64,000 nucleotides of DNA from Octopus sinensis (GCF_006345805.1 NC_043000.1:134230001-134294000), one strand, 5' to 3'; positions 37,185-50,519 are shown, counted from the stretch's first letter. Program-made: numbers and translations. The notes: generated by a model from the sequence alone, not told the origin.

Positions 37185-39450
37185 CCTAAAGCAGAACAAA
37201 CGTGTCTTTTTAAGTATCAGCAACAAGTAATTATGTAAACAATATGAAAACGTTATCTTTGCAAAATCTAGCCATTAGATTGTATGGAGTATCGTCATGT
37301 TAGGTCCAACTATTTTTGGTATAATTGTAGCCTTGTCAGAAAAATCAATAATATTTGGTAATTAAGATCGGAACATTGATTTCTAGCATAACGTATTGGA
37401 TTAAAATCACAATATATGTAAAGCTTTACTCATACGGAAAAGGAAAAAGAGATGCGTGTAAAACACGTGTTGGAGTGCCAATATTTCATAGAATGGAAAA
37501 AGAAAAATGATTTCGATGACTCACTAAATTCCAAAAGTGATCAGAATTGAAGCTGCTGCTATCAGAGATGAACTAATGCGTACGTGAGTGTACACACACA
37601 CACAGTCGCGCACGCGAGAGCCCTAGCATATTTCCCTACTTTTTGAAACACATTATAGAAAGAAGATATGTAATAATAAAGTGCCGGAATCCAAGTTCGC
37701 AACAAATTAAGTGTATATAATGTGTTAAGTGCAAGATAACAGAGCTCTATAATGAGTTTTAATATTTCCGGAAGGCAAACGTGAACTTCACACTAAATTA
37801 ATTAATACCAAGCACATTTGCTGAAAATTTGTTTTATTCATACATGATGGAGATATTCTAAAAATTAAGACTTTTATAGATCACTAGACTGTCTTACTCT
37901 GAATCAACCAAATAAATTTTCATACAGATACATTAGATGTAGAATATTTGTCAACTTTATGCCGGCTGTTAGTGTCTTCGTTTCATCTTTTAAAACACGG
38001 AACAGGTGCAGCAAATATTGTAAATAAATTAATTTGAATGCTTATTCTTTATAAAGTGATTTAAATAATTAACTCATTAACGATAATAGGTCAAAAGGTA
38101 AAGATCCTAATATATTTTTTTTAAATTATTTTCATACAAGTACATAAGAACTATAAAACAAGGAATGCAAATGTGAGTGCGCGCACGTCGTGTGTATTCT
38201 AAAACAAGCATGTTTGTGCATATGTTTGGGGTAATTAGATCGTTATTAAATGCTAATTTGGGAGAATATCTAGATAATAAACTAATTATAATACATACTT
38301 ATGAGACAGTGAAATTTTTTCTGTTACTAAGTTGAGTAACCAATTAGAGAGAGAGATGGGAGGAAGTGGGAAATAGCTCGTGAGCGCACGCTTGCTCCCG
38401 CGAGTACTTTCTCTCTTACTCAAAATAAACTTTACACCTTTTAAAACGCCAAAGTAAAAGTTGGGATATCAGTATTAACATGAACTCAGTATCTTTTTCG
38501 TTTCCTCTTCTTTTGTTTTTTAATAAAAAAAAATCTAATGAATATTGAAATAAATTTTCAGCACTAATCTAATACATAAGATATATACTTTTATCGAGAA
38601 GGTTTACTGTACGTTATTTCTCTTTTCTATTTAGAATTTTTCAAGCTCGGTTCGAAAATTAGTAATATAAACGATAGATATATATATATACGAGAGATAA
38701 TCAAAGAGGGAACACCTTTATTCACCAACATGATATATTTTATAACCAGCACCGCTGCCATCATATATACACCAAAGCCTCCCTTTACCACCACCCTCTC
38801 CCTATCTAAATATATATTTTCCTTTCATGTGTGTTGCCTTTTCATTATAGTTTCGGTAAAGCTGCAGAAGCAGTTTACCATTATCTATTTTATTTTTCTT
38901 TTGTTTTCAACTTTTCTCCTTTCTATAAACGCAGGTTTGGAGTCTGTTTAACGGCTTGCAACTCGTTTAATTAGGGGGAGTGGTAATAGAAAATCAAAGA
39001 ATAAAACCTATTAAGCAGCAAGTTTTGTCTGCTCTGTTGCGAAGGTAGGAAAGAGTAACAGAAGTGGCGGAGATGAAGGCGGGGGGGGGGGGCCTAAAAA
39101 CGTGGGAGAACTGCTAGTTATCAATCAACATTAGCATCAACATTGCTATCAATAGTAGAAAGGCAAGCAACAACGGTTTGTTAGGCATGGTACTCGTGTT
39201 GATACTGGGAAAGGGAGGGACAGTGCACAAAAGAAAAAGGGATTGGAAGAACGAATTGAGAATGATGCAAGGGATAAAATTGACTCATAGCAGAAGAAAG
39301 CACTTGAGGAAAGAATTTTCTGATAAAGAGCAGAGAACAATAGAATGCAACATATGTAGCCGTAGCAGACTCTTGCAATAAAAGACAGAACCAACATACC
39401 GATATTCCTACGAACACAGACAGAATATAATGAATAATGATTAGGCGAAA
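36350..39450. promoter_or_regulatory. CpG-retaining, promoter-like region
   Basis: Many CpGs in unique sequence (CCGCGCG, GTCGCGCACGCG, GTGCGCGCACGTCG, GCTCGTGAGCGCACGCTTGCTCCCGCG). CpG is nearly absent immediately after about 39450. Confidence 0.55.
38935..39044 (+). other. Candidate non-coding (5' UTR) exon
   Basis: A roughly 45-nt pyrimidine tract ends in GCAG at 38934, and a donor GAAG|GTAGGA follows at 39044/39045. All three frames contain stops. Confidence 0.3.
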
Positions 39451-40604
39451 ATTATTTATGAAAGCAGCAGCACTATTATTTATTTATTTATTTATTTATT
39501 TTTAACACAAATATATATATAAAACAGCAAAGCATGCAAATTCAGTGTTGAAAATACTAATGGCAATGACCAGAAAATCATATTCAAGGAAAAAATAATA
39601 GTAAGTGTACATGAATTCATTATAGTACATCCATAAAATCTAAGTATACAGATCTATTAAGACCATTCTGATAGAGAAATGATAGAGCTGGGAGACCCTT
39701 CAAATAAGATGGAGCAGAAGTGTGTGTGTGTGTGTGTTAAATATGTAATCACTACTGAAACAGTAAAGAAATTAGGCAATTGGCTAAATAGAATTTATAA
39801 ACTTTTTCTTTCTATCTTAATACTCTAAGTGTTTATCACACACATTTATACATAGATAGTGTAAAATATAGACAGACTATAGCTAACAGAAAGCTGAAAT
39901 AGATATTTTACAAAATTTGAAGTTCAATATCTCAAGAATTCAAAGTTCAAAAGGGCCCTGGAGCTAATTTGGCTTTTATCTTTCCAGAGTTAGGAGCAAA
40001 TAAATTGATTATATCTCCAATTTCCATCTCTCTCTTTCTCTCTCTCTCTGACTCACTCACACTCACTCACTCTCACACACACACACACACACACACACGC
40101 ACAGATCAAAGGCAAAATCTTATTGAACATGCATGTACACTCACACTATCTTTTATCTGTTAAATACTGGTTCTATGTATCTAAATAGCATTAAACTTCA
40201 TTATTTTCTTCCTTTTTCTCCTTGATATTCATTAAATGTTTCTACAAAGGCTACATGTAATGCATTAGAGCAGCACACTTGTAGCATGTAATGCTAATGA
40301 CACAAGATTTAATATTTTACAGCCAGCAAACATGCTGTAAACTGGAAGACATGCAATGATGCATATACATTACATAGCTGATAAAACCAATTCAGTTTTA
40401 ACCACATATAAATTAGGCTTTAAAAGGACATGACAACGCATGTAATATCTATCTGACAAAAAGCTGTTTGACATTCAAATTACTAATTGAGAAATATTCT
40501 TATTACAAATGATAAATGTTGTGTCTGGTCAATCGTAAATCAAACTAAGCAATCATGACATTTTTCAAGTGATATCAAAATATTTTACATTCTTCTATAT
40601 TATA

Positions 40605-41020
40605 TTCCCAGTCTTGAGGTCCTTAGGAGCTGTCTGAACTCCTTTGGTACCAGGATGCTTTGCGGGATTGTAGATTACCATTGGTCAAATTTCATATCCG
40701 ACCAACAGGAATGGGAATGTGTCCTGTTACTTGCTCAATTCAGGAGTGCCATCTCAAAAGGTTTGGCCATGTAGCTCAATTTCCCAATTTAGACCCTGCT
40801 TACCATGTTCTCTTCACTTAGGGTCTGGCTGGATTGACAGCTTGTGTTGGTGGGCCACATGTTATATGTTCATGGCAGATGAAGAGATATCTTGTGGGAG
40901 ACGGGGACCGACTGAGATTCTGCTCAATAGATCACCCAGGAAGGCCTGGGAATATACCAACAGATGGTGAATGTAGCAATGTGTTACAATGGTGCATGCC
41001 CCCACATCTGACCTGGCCTC
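40605..41020 (+). mobile_element. RTE-clade LINE 3' end
   Basis: RSCLNSFGTRMLCGIVDYHWSNFISDQQ // PVTCSIQECHLKRFGHVAQFPNLDPAYHVLFT*GL..., matching RTE R.LR.I and L..FGHV motifs. Ends TGACCTGG. Confidence 0.85.
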
Positions 41021-41344
41021 TGATTTTGCAACAGAAAAATTATCTGTATCATGATTTTAAAAAATCCTAAAGCAAAAGAAGACTGAATACAGAATACAAT
41101 ATAATTTGCTTATCATAAGGTGAAAATTACAATTGTATCATCATTATAGTTTTAACATCAACTTTTCCATACTTGTATGGGTCAGATGGAGTTTATTGAG
41201 ACAGATTTTTCTAATGCCAGATGCCCTTGTTGCTAGTCCTCACCCATTTCCAGGCCAGACATGTTTTTGCAGAATATTGGAAATAAATGACACTACTTGT
41301 ATGACAGTGACATGAAGTCAAGGCCAGGAAACAAAAGCATACAC

Positions 41345-41570
41345 TCCAAGACACTAACTCCTAGTAGGGCCTCCCATGCTGGACAAGTCAAAGGAGAGTG
41401 ACCAGACTAATATGGATCACCTCTTCTCAGATGTAACAATAGGCTTGTATAGAGCCAATATCCCTACCTAGGAAAAGCAAGGTTACAGAAACATCAATGG
41501 CAATTCTAAACCAACAGTACCTGAGAGAAGGAGGCCATCTCTCAGGGTGCAAATGGGGATCTTTGTCTAC
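41345..41570 (+). mobile_element. Decayed RTE-like 5' UTR remnant
   Basis: CCTCCCATGCTGGACAAGTCAAAGGAGAG..CCAGACTAA..GGATCACCT..CCCTACCTAGGAAAA..GTTACAGAAAC resembles RTE 5' leaders as I recall them. Not verified. Confidence 0.4.
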
Positions 41571-41574
41571 TTTC

Positions 41575-41940
41575 TTTTACCTGTTTCAGTCATTAGACCG
41601 TGGCCATGTTAGAGCAATACCATGAAGAATTTTAGTTGAATAAATTGACCTCAGTAGTTATTTATATTTTAAGTCTGGTCCTTTTTCTACCGGACTCTTT
41701 CACCGAACTGCTAAGTTATAAGGACATAAACACACCAACAACAGTTGTCAAGCAGTGGGATGGGGAGACAAACAGATACAAAGACGCACATACACTAATG
41801 CGTATATCAGATGGGCTTCTTTCAGTTTCTGTCTACCAAATTCCCCCACAAGGCCTTGGTTGGCCAAAGGTGCCATGCAGTAAGGCTGAACCTGAAACCA
41901 TGTGGTTGGGAAACAACTTCTTACCACACAGCCATGCCTG
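41575..41940 (-). mobile_element. Degenerate family B1 SINE
   Basis: TGTTTCAGTCATT tail through to a CCACACAGCCATGCCT head. Confidence 0.7.
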
Positions 41941-42104
41941 TGTCTATAAGCCCCACCTTAAGGAGCCAGCATCCTGCATTACAGCCCAGAGTTGAGAACA
42001 AGGGAGAAAAGTTGTCAAAGGTTTATGCTCTGTGGGGTGCAAAGGCCTAAGTGAGTTTATTTATAAGGTGTTTTTTATAACTGAGTTAAATATCAGTTGA
42101 AATA

Positions 42105-42322
42105 CTGAATTCAAATTTTGACACAAGGTCAGTAGGTTTTGGAGAAGGGGCTAAGTCGATTAAATTGACCCCAGTGTTCAACTGGTACTTATTTTTATCA
42201 ACCCCAAAAAGAAGAAAGGCAAAGCTGACCTTGCTGGAATTTGAACTCAGAAGTGAAGACAGACAAAATGCCACTAAGCATTTTGCCAGGAGTGCTAAGG
42301 ATTCTACCAGCTCATTGCCTTG
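42105..42322 (-). mobile_element. CpG-decayed family A2 SINE with 16-bp TSD
   Basis: TSD AATATCAGTTGAAATA at 42089-42104 and 42323-42338. Confidence 0.85.
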
Positions 42323-43212
42323 AATATCAGTTGAAATATTAACTTCAAACCTATGTTTCTAGTTAGTACATTTACAGACAGGGATTAATAAAGGATGAGT
42401 AGTTTAATCCCAACCAGAATATAGAATGACGGACTATTTCATTATGATTTAAGCTTGAGTCAGTTTAAGTGTAAATGTAAACATAAAAATGACAAAAAGT
42501 AAACAAAATTAAAAACAAGATAAACAAACTTGAACTAAAGACTAATGATACTATTAACAATTAGTTATGCTAATGAGTCCAGTAACAGAACCCTTATTCT
42601 AAATACTGTATCCTTTGATGACATGATACCCATAGTATCATGGTTGGTGTTCTAAATATAAACTCTACTAGTTGTTACAATAAACTATTCTGCTGCCTAT
42701 GGTGCTAAAACTTTCTATCCATAATTAATCTTCCTATCCTTAATTAACATGGCCTCTAAATCTTTTTACCAAGATTAGTAATTTAAGACACATGTGAAAT
42801 TCAATCTCAACCTCAGTGATTTCATTGCTTACAATGCAAGACTTAAGGAAGATGAGTTATTAGTAACAGCAATCATTCACGTTACAAACTGCCAGCACGC
42901 TTCTAAAGTCAATCTGAAAACCATAAGGAAGTTCACAAACTCATGGGAGATGAGTAAAGAAAAAAGGGGAATATGCTGAGAAAATCAACATGAATAATAA
43001 ACAGAGAATATTGCTCAAGAATAAATTAGATATGGCTAGGCAAAACAAACATTACAGAATTAATGAACCTTATAAATATTAAATGACAGAGTTTAATTAA
43101 AATGCTTATCATAAAACTAATGAAAGCCTTTTTTTTGTTTTTTTTCTCTTCTCATTTTTAGGATGATATTTGTGATTTAGTCTCAACAGAGCAAGGTAGT
43201 TATAGTGCTAAT

Positions 43213-43450
43213 AAAGGCGGCGAGCTGGCAGAATCGTTAGCACGCCGGGCGAAATGCTTAGCGGTATTTCATCTGACGCTACGTTCTGAGTTCAAATTCC
43301 GCTGAGGTCGACTTTGCCTTTCATCCTTTCGGGGTCGATTAAATAAGTACCAGTTACACACTGGGGTCGATATGATCGACTTAATCCGTTTGTCTGACCT
43401 TGTTTGTCCCCTCTGTGTTTAGCCCCTTGTGGGTAGTAAAGAAATAGGTA
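43213..43450 (+). mobile_element. Young full-length family A SINE
   Basis: Near-identical to the 12703 and 57681 copies. AGTGCTA occurs on both sides. Confidence 0.9.
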
Positions 43451-44551
43451 ATTACAGTGCTACATCATTTAGTGCTAGATGCATAAAGGTAAAGAGATGT
43501 ATCTGCTACCTTGATGTATAAGAAGCTAGCCTTTTGCAGAGCAGAGTGCATTTGCTCAGATCAACAGTAGGTAGCTATATTTTCAGGAGAGATGCAAGCT
43601 CCAATAGAATGAATGGCTATCTCACCATCATCAGAGATACACTGCTTTCATTTATAACTCATTCATCATATTGTGTGTGTGCATTCATGCATGCCTATAA
43701 ATATAGAAGGGTATTTGCACAAACACTCAGATAAATGTTTATATGTACACTACATTCATATGCAGCGACTAAAGATAGAACTTCTAACATAACTGAAATT
43801 ACTATGTTAGATGGAGACGAAAGTTATCAAAGAAGATAACATAGTGAAAGAATAACCAATGTTGTTGTTGTTGTTTTTTTCTTTTTTACTACAAAATAAA
43901 TAAAACAACAAATCAGAACACAAGGCTTTTTTTTTTTTTTTTTTTTTTTTTTTTCCTCCTAAACCACCATTCAGTAAGTAACAAAACGTTTTCTTATATT
44001 TTTGAATGAAATAATTCTCTGCATACCAGAACTGAACTCACTTGGCAACACACTTAACAAATATTCCTGACTGAAATTGTCTTCATTTATAAGAAATATA
44101 TGCAAAAAAGATCTATGAATACAAATGCTCTTACATCAAGAGCCTTTGCATTTTTAATACAAGGAAATCTCAACAAACCTTATCCATTCTGTAGATTAAC
44201 AAACTACAGATGGTAATTTTAGTCCAGAAACTTCAAGGTTGAATGATAACTTTATTTGACATGAATGTTTTGATAAAACAGTATAGACATCTAAAGGTAT
44301 GCCTCATTGCTTGGTATCCTAAGAAAAGATCCTACTCCAAAATATCAATGGTTAGCATCAATAGATGCTGGAACTGATGCATACTGATTAGTAAATCTTA
44401 TATTCCATTACAGCTTGCAATAAATATTTTTCTCATACCTTTATAAAATGTTCACTGATACTTTATTCCCATATATAATGAACTCCATTGAAATAGAGCT
44501 GCAGAAATTTATTTGTTGGGTAAGGATTTCAATCTTAGAGAATATTTTCAA

Positions 44552-44948
44552 CACTATCGTAGGGCGACCTGCTGTGCTTGAGGAGACCTATTGAGTCAAG
44601 TACATCGCCATCAACATCAAAAAATGGAAATTGTAGTTGTGATACCTGTGCCGGTGGCACGTAAAAAGCACCAACCGTACGTGGCCGATGCCAGCGCTGC
44701 CTTGACTGTTTCCGTGCCGGTGGCACGTAAAAAGCTGCAAACCGATCGTGGCTGTTGCCAGCCTCCACTGGCATGTAAAAAGCACCCACTACACTCACGG
44801 AGTGGTTGGCGTTATGAAGGGCATCCAGCTGTAGAAACAGCTGCCAGATCAGACTGGAACCTGGTGCAGCCTCCTGGCTTCCCAGACCCCGGTCGAACCG
44901 TCCAACCCATGCTAGCATGGAAAACGGACGTTAAATGATGATGATGAT
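44552..44948 (+). mobile_element. Family C element (long copy)
   Basis: GTGCCGGTGGCACGTAAAAAGC occurs twice plus a partial copy, followed by GAAGGGCATCCAGCTGTAGAAAC and the tail GGAAAACGGACGTTAAATGATGATGATGAT. Confidence 0.8.
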
Positions 44949-45552
44949 ATACTCATGTGTAAGTCACACAAGCTTATATGCCTGATATTAATAGGAAAAA
45001 ACAAAAAAACTGGGGTGCAACTTATACAAAGAGCAAAGCTAAAACTATGAAGAGAAAAAATATTGTACAAAGATTTAACACTAAATTAGAAATGCAACTT
45101 ATACACAAATGTGCATAGAAGTTGCATAGAAATGCAACTTATACACAAATGTGCACAGTAGTGTATATACCTACACTACTGTTCTTCTAATGCACATTTC
45201 TTTCTCCATTTATTTAAAAGAATGTGGCATCATCTCAGATGAACTAAGTGAGCCCCAACTATCTAAGAAGTAGAAACATCTGTGTATTAAATATGTAATT
45301 TGATTTCAATAAGATTTTAAAACTAAGTGCTTTACTTCATAAAAATCATTTTCAGAGGGGCTGCAAAATAATGATGTCAACAGTAATAGATATTTAGAAA
45401 GTAATACCAAACATTAGGATAACTACTAAGCAAGAAATAATAGGGGATAAAGTATGCTTGAAACAGTGGGAAAATATTTAGAAAATGACTGGAGTACTAG
45501 AAAGTTACTTGAGAAGCTGCAAAGTAAGTAGGGATCTCAGTTACTTTTTCTA

Positions 45553-45608
<56 letters not shown>

Positions 45609-46109
45609 ATATGACAAGGCATGGAATGGGAAGAAAATATTATCATAATAGTTCTATGATGGAATTTGGCCTAGTTTATGTGTCCAAATATTTTTTTAAT
45701 GCATACTTAGAAAATTAAAGAATATTGCTAAGCAATTTTTCACCAGCTTACCATAAATATGTAATAATATCATTTCTAAATGTATTTCTAAATGTATCAG
45801 CTTATGGTTTAATGGTTTAAGTGAAGTTAGAATGGGTGCTTTATAAAGTATTCTAATACAACAAATATTAAAAAGATCAGAAACTGTAAACTAAGTATGA
45901 AGCTAAGTCGGATTCTATTTTCTGCTAAAGGAAATGTGCACGTTATATCATCCTCATCATCATCATCATTTAACATCCATTTTCCATGCTGGCATGGGTT
46001 GGACAATTTGACAGGAGCTAAGAAATCAGAAGACAGCACCAAACTCTACTGTCTGCTTTGGCATAATTTCTACGGCTGAATGCCCTTCCTAACACTAACC
46101 ACTTACACC

Positions 46110-46337
46110 TTAACCCTTTCGTTACTGTATTTATTTTGAGGTGCTCTGTGTTTCTTTCAATTACTTTAAATATATCAAAGAATTTAGTAAAATAACTCAA
46201 TTATCATTCAGCTAGTGTTAGGAACATATATTGTGATTAAGATAAAGTGGAAGATTTTGATTCAAAATTTATGAAAACAAGACATTTGTACTCAGAGCCA
46301 GAGCCAGTTTCAGCCGGGTTGGTAACGAAAGGGTTAA
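46110..46337. mobile_element. Family D piggyBac-type MITE
   Basis: TTAA-CCCTTTCGTTAC...GTAACGAAAGGG-TTAA, with perfect 12-bp TIRs. Confidence 0.9.
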
Positions 46338-47347
46338 ATATAATCCAGAACTGGTTATTTGTCAGAAAAACAAACTCTGGACTATGTTAGTTCTAGTCTT
46401 TCCTGTGCTCTCAACTGCTAAAGGATTAGGCAACAAGGAAGCCTTATATAATCACTCAACCTGCTAGATATAACAGCTAAATGGCATATCGCACCCCACA
46501 ATATTTTAAGAAAGAGAAACCCACATTGGATAATGCGGTACTAGTTATACTGTAACTAAAATACAAAAGAGGGTATTTTAATAGGTGGAATGTCTTTGAT
46601 CAGAATTGATCTGAGGTTAAACAGCAACAACTGCTGAAGGAGTTGAGCCTCATTCTCACAATGCTAATCACCCGCTTAAACAGATCTGATACGTCGCTCA
46701 CTGAGGATCAAAATGTCTTTCTAGTATTGCTTGGGAAACTGGAAAGTCATTTGAAAGATGCATGGGGTATTTATTATTTGTTAATGTCAGTGTGGCAGAG
46801 TGAGAAGGTGATGGTGAGTTGTCTAGAGTATCCCATGACTTAAATTACTATTTATCAAATAAGTACTAAACTAATTTAAGAAGAACATCTGTGTGTTCAT
46901 GTTAAATAGACTGGAAATGATTCACACAGATTCAGGATGAAATCCTGCCTGATCATGCAATAAACCAGTAATGTATCCAGCTATATACAACAATGATGCC
47001 CACTTCAAGGTTCCAAAATGTAATGGAATGTATTTAGAACAAAATTTAATATTAAACTTACTAACCAGATATGTGACCTATTTTTTAAAGAAATTCTACC
47101 CATATTTATAGATAAATGTGAGTTATTGTGTATGGGAGAATGGAGGAGAGAGGGCGAAGAGAAATTGGAGCTAATACCAACATGTAATGTACGAGATTTC
47201 TGTGATATTAATTTATTTGGTAACTATTAATTCTTCAAAATTCTTTTCTTTTTTTCTCCTGGAAAGGGGGAAAATGAAACAAGATACTAAAGGATGTGTG
47301 TGTGTGGTGTGGTGTGGTATGTGTACGTATGCACATATATGATTTTT

Positions 47348-47381
<34 letters not shown>

Positions 47382-47689
47382 CTAAACATTCCCAAACAGC
47401 TGGTTCATCTCTTTCAGATTTGCAAATTTTTCAGTAAATAAATAGCCACTAAAGGAATGAATGGTATCCCATTTTTCATAAAATCTTAACTTCGAAATAC
47501 TAATTTTTTTTTTTTTTTAAGTTTAATATTACTGTTTTTTTAAATCACATAAGAAAATAACATTTTGTATAACTGCTTACTAATACTTTCAAAACTGGAA
47601 GCAATTATCTCTGTAATTTATGATGTAACAACTTTTATTCTAGACAACAATGAACATATAACTCATCATTGTTTTATCATCTCCTTTTC

Positions 47690-48045
47690 TATACTTAAGT
47701 ATGACGGAGTCCACTAAGGCATTTTTTCTATGGCCAGATTCACCTCCTGTCACCAACTCTCATTGTTTCCAAATAAGGTAATATTTCCAGACATGTTTTC
47801 ACAGAATATTCAAAATGAATAATATTGTGACAGTGACACTCATTTACAACCATCACACTGGGTCAAGACAAGGAAACACATTCATACAATGGCCTTCTTT
47901 CAGTTTCTATCTACCAAACTTATTCACAATGCTTTAGTCACCCCAGGGCTCTGGCAGATGATGCCTGCCCAAGATGTTACATAGTGGGACTAAACCCCAA
48001 ATCATATGATTAGGAAGCAAAATTCTTAACTATATAGCCATGCCT
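47690..48045 (-). mobile_element. Degenerate family B2 SINE
   Basis: GGTAATATTTCC..GACAGTGACACTCATTTACAAC..GTCAAGACAAGG, then the CORE and head blocks. Confidence 0.65.
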
Positions 48046-48082
48046 GTATATATATGAGTGTGTAAAAGGATTTAGGCCTATT

Positions 48083-48536
48083 TTAACCTTTTCAGTATTT
48101 AACCCTTCCGTTACTGTATTTATTTTGAGATGCTCTGTGTTTCTTTCAATTACTTTAAACATAACAAAGAATTTAGTAAAATAACTTAGTTATCATTCAG
48201 CTAGTGTTAGGAACATAAATTGTGACTAAGGTTTGGTGGAAGATTTTAATTAAAGCCTTAAGAAAAAAAGACATTTGTACAACACAGCCAGAGCCAGGTT
48301 CAGCCGGGATGCTAACGAAAGGGTTAAAGTGGTCATATTGGGACCAAGTATTCTACTTGTTTTATGTTCAAACTAGCCAGATCCAGCCTCTTACATCTAC
48401 CCTACAATGTTATTCTAAAAATAAACAATTAGATCATCAAAATCTTGAAGGTGCGAGACAATGCATAATTAATTCAAAACAATATGAATAAATAAGCATT
48501 ACATTTAACAGAATAATCTGAAGACTAAAGGGTTAA
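48083..48536. mobile_element. Family E piggyBac-type MITE containing a nested family D MITE (48099-48327)
   Basis: Outer TTAA at 48083 and 48533-48536. The inner element is bounded by TTAA at 48099-48102 and 48324-48327. Confidence 0.85.
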
Positions 48537-49004
48537 ACTATGCTTATCTCTATTATCAGAGAAATGTAATAACAAAAAAATCACAGATAAAGTTAATCCG
48601 TGAGTCAATGAATGGGATGGCCTCACATTTTTCATTCAGCTTAATATATCAATTTCGAAATTGCACTTGTCTGGCAGCTGAGACCATGTGTTGAAACCAA
48701 AGCAATTATAGCATGGAAGACACATACTAGCCATTGAAAAACACACAGAAACTGTTAACTTCACTTAATCACTTATCATTTATTAATAACCAAGTTGTAG
48801 ACAGTGCAGTGACAATTTTAATACCAAGTAATAAATGATTAAGTAATCTTCTGTGTGTTTTTGGATGGGTAAAATAATTCTTCTACGCTTTGTATCAAGG
48901 AAAATGTGAGTGTTATTATCACTTACCATTATCTGTAAGTATAAAAATATTGTTGATTTTTCTGATATTGGACAAGTAAAGATGAAACTATGTAGGTAAA
49001 TCAC

Positions 49005-49049
<45 letters not shown>

Positions 49050-50519
49050 ATATATAGGAAGCTAGAGAGTGGGAGATGAAGAGTAAGAGAGAATGAATGA
49101 GGTGGGTGAAACAAGAGTAGTTGATGGAAAAGATAGATTTAAAAGATGAAAATCAAAGCAAAGATCAATAAGATGTTTTTCTTTTTAAAAAAATTGTGAC
49201 AGAGAATAAGAGTAAAAACAGAAAGAAAAATCAAATTGATTGAAGTGTTCAAAACAATTCTGTCAGTTTTCAAGTGAATAAATATAAATTTTCAGAATAA
49301 GTCAGAGATACATTTGATAGAAAGATTGAAATCATTCTACTTGAGTCTATTACAGATTTTTCAGTTTGGTAGGTATGATGACAACCAATAATTAAAACTC
49401 ACTCTTTACATTTTAAATGTGTGTGTGTACACACACACACACACACATACATTGTCTATGTTGTGTGTGTGTGTGTTTGTGTATGTTATGTGTGAATGTA
49501 TCAACTATCAATATGAACCACCTTCAACAACTGCAAACCAAAATGTCAAGTGTTTTTAACCTACATCAGATGACAGTTGTGTAACTTGCAATAAACAAAG
49601 CAGATTCAATCTTTGTTTGCAATCAATGGTTTAAGAACTATATATATATATATATATATATGGATAAGCAACAAAATAAAAATATTTTACATCAGGTAAT
49701 ACGTAATTAGTTTATTTTTCATCTTCAAAGACTAAAAGCCTCATTTCACTGATAAATATTTAGATTTCAAACATACAAGAGAGCTACAAAAACAAACAGA
49801 ATATATATTAGGAAATGCTTTTAAACCAGAGTTGATTACAAATTATTCATTTATTCATCATCATCATCAGCAGCAGCAGCAGTATTATGTGTCCACTTTT
49901 CCATGCTAGCATGGCTTGGGAAGTTGTTCCGAAGCAGTACTTTTCTAACCAGATACCCTTCATATCCCAACCCTTCCTCTAATTGACTCTTCCAAGACAC
50001 AGGGATGTGGAGTACCTATTCTAAAGCCAAGATATACAGGGTGACACCTTATTCATTTATTTGCTTAAACATAATTACGTTAAATTAGATATTGTTACAT
50101 TTTGGTAGAATACAATTTGTCGCACAAAATATAAACGCTATTGCATGTTTGTTGTGTTTTACAGTTGTGATACTTATATATGGAAGGACGTGGGAGAGAG
50201 GCTGAAAATTCAAAATTTCAAGAAAGAAAAAAGAAACAAAACACAATGAAAATGTTTGAAGGAAATGTTTCGTACATCAAGTATGTTTTGTTCAACAGAA
50301 AACATCTATCTGAGATTTTATCTTGAGCAAAAAGTACAATATCATGTCTGTCAATGATGATCTACAGATGGCTATTTTAAGAATATGATTCTCAAGATAT
50401 ATTTGTATTTTTAAGTTCATGCGTCTGGGCAAGTTTGTGTGCCATGGAGAGAAAGCAATTTTATGTTCAATGACTGCCCTTTCATTGAAGAGGAAAGGGA
50501 TTTTTCAAATGTGATATTC

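Noticed and set aside
39149-39417. Overlapping ORFs on both strands at the edge of the CpG region
   Set aside because: They are short, mutually overlapping and purine/pyrimidine-skewed, with no recognisable domain. More consistent with leader or regulatory DNA.
44640-44800. CRISPR-like repeat/spacer appearance of family C arrays
   Set aside because: Eukaryotic context, only 2-4 degenerate units, inside a dispersed retroelement with a (GAT)n tail, and no cas genes.
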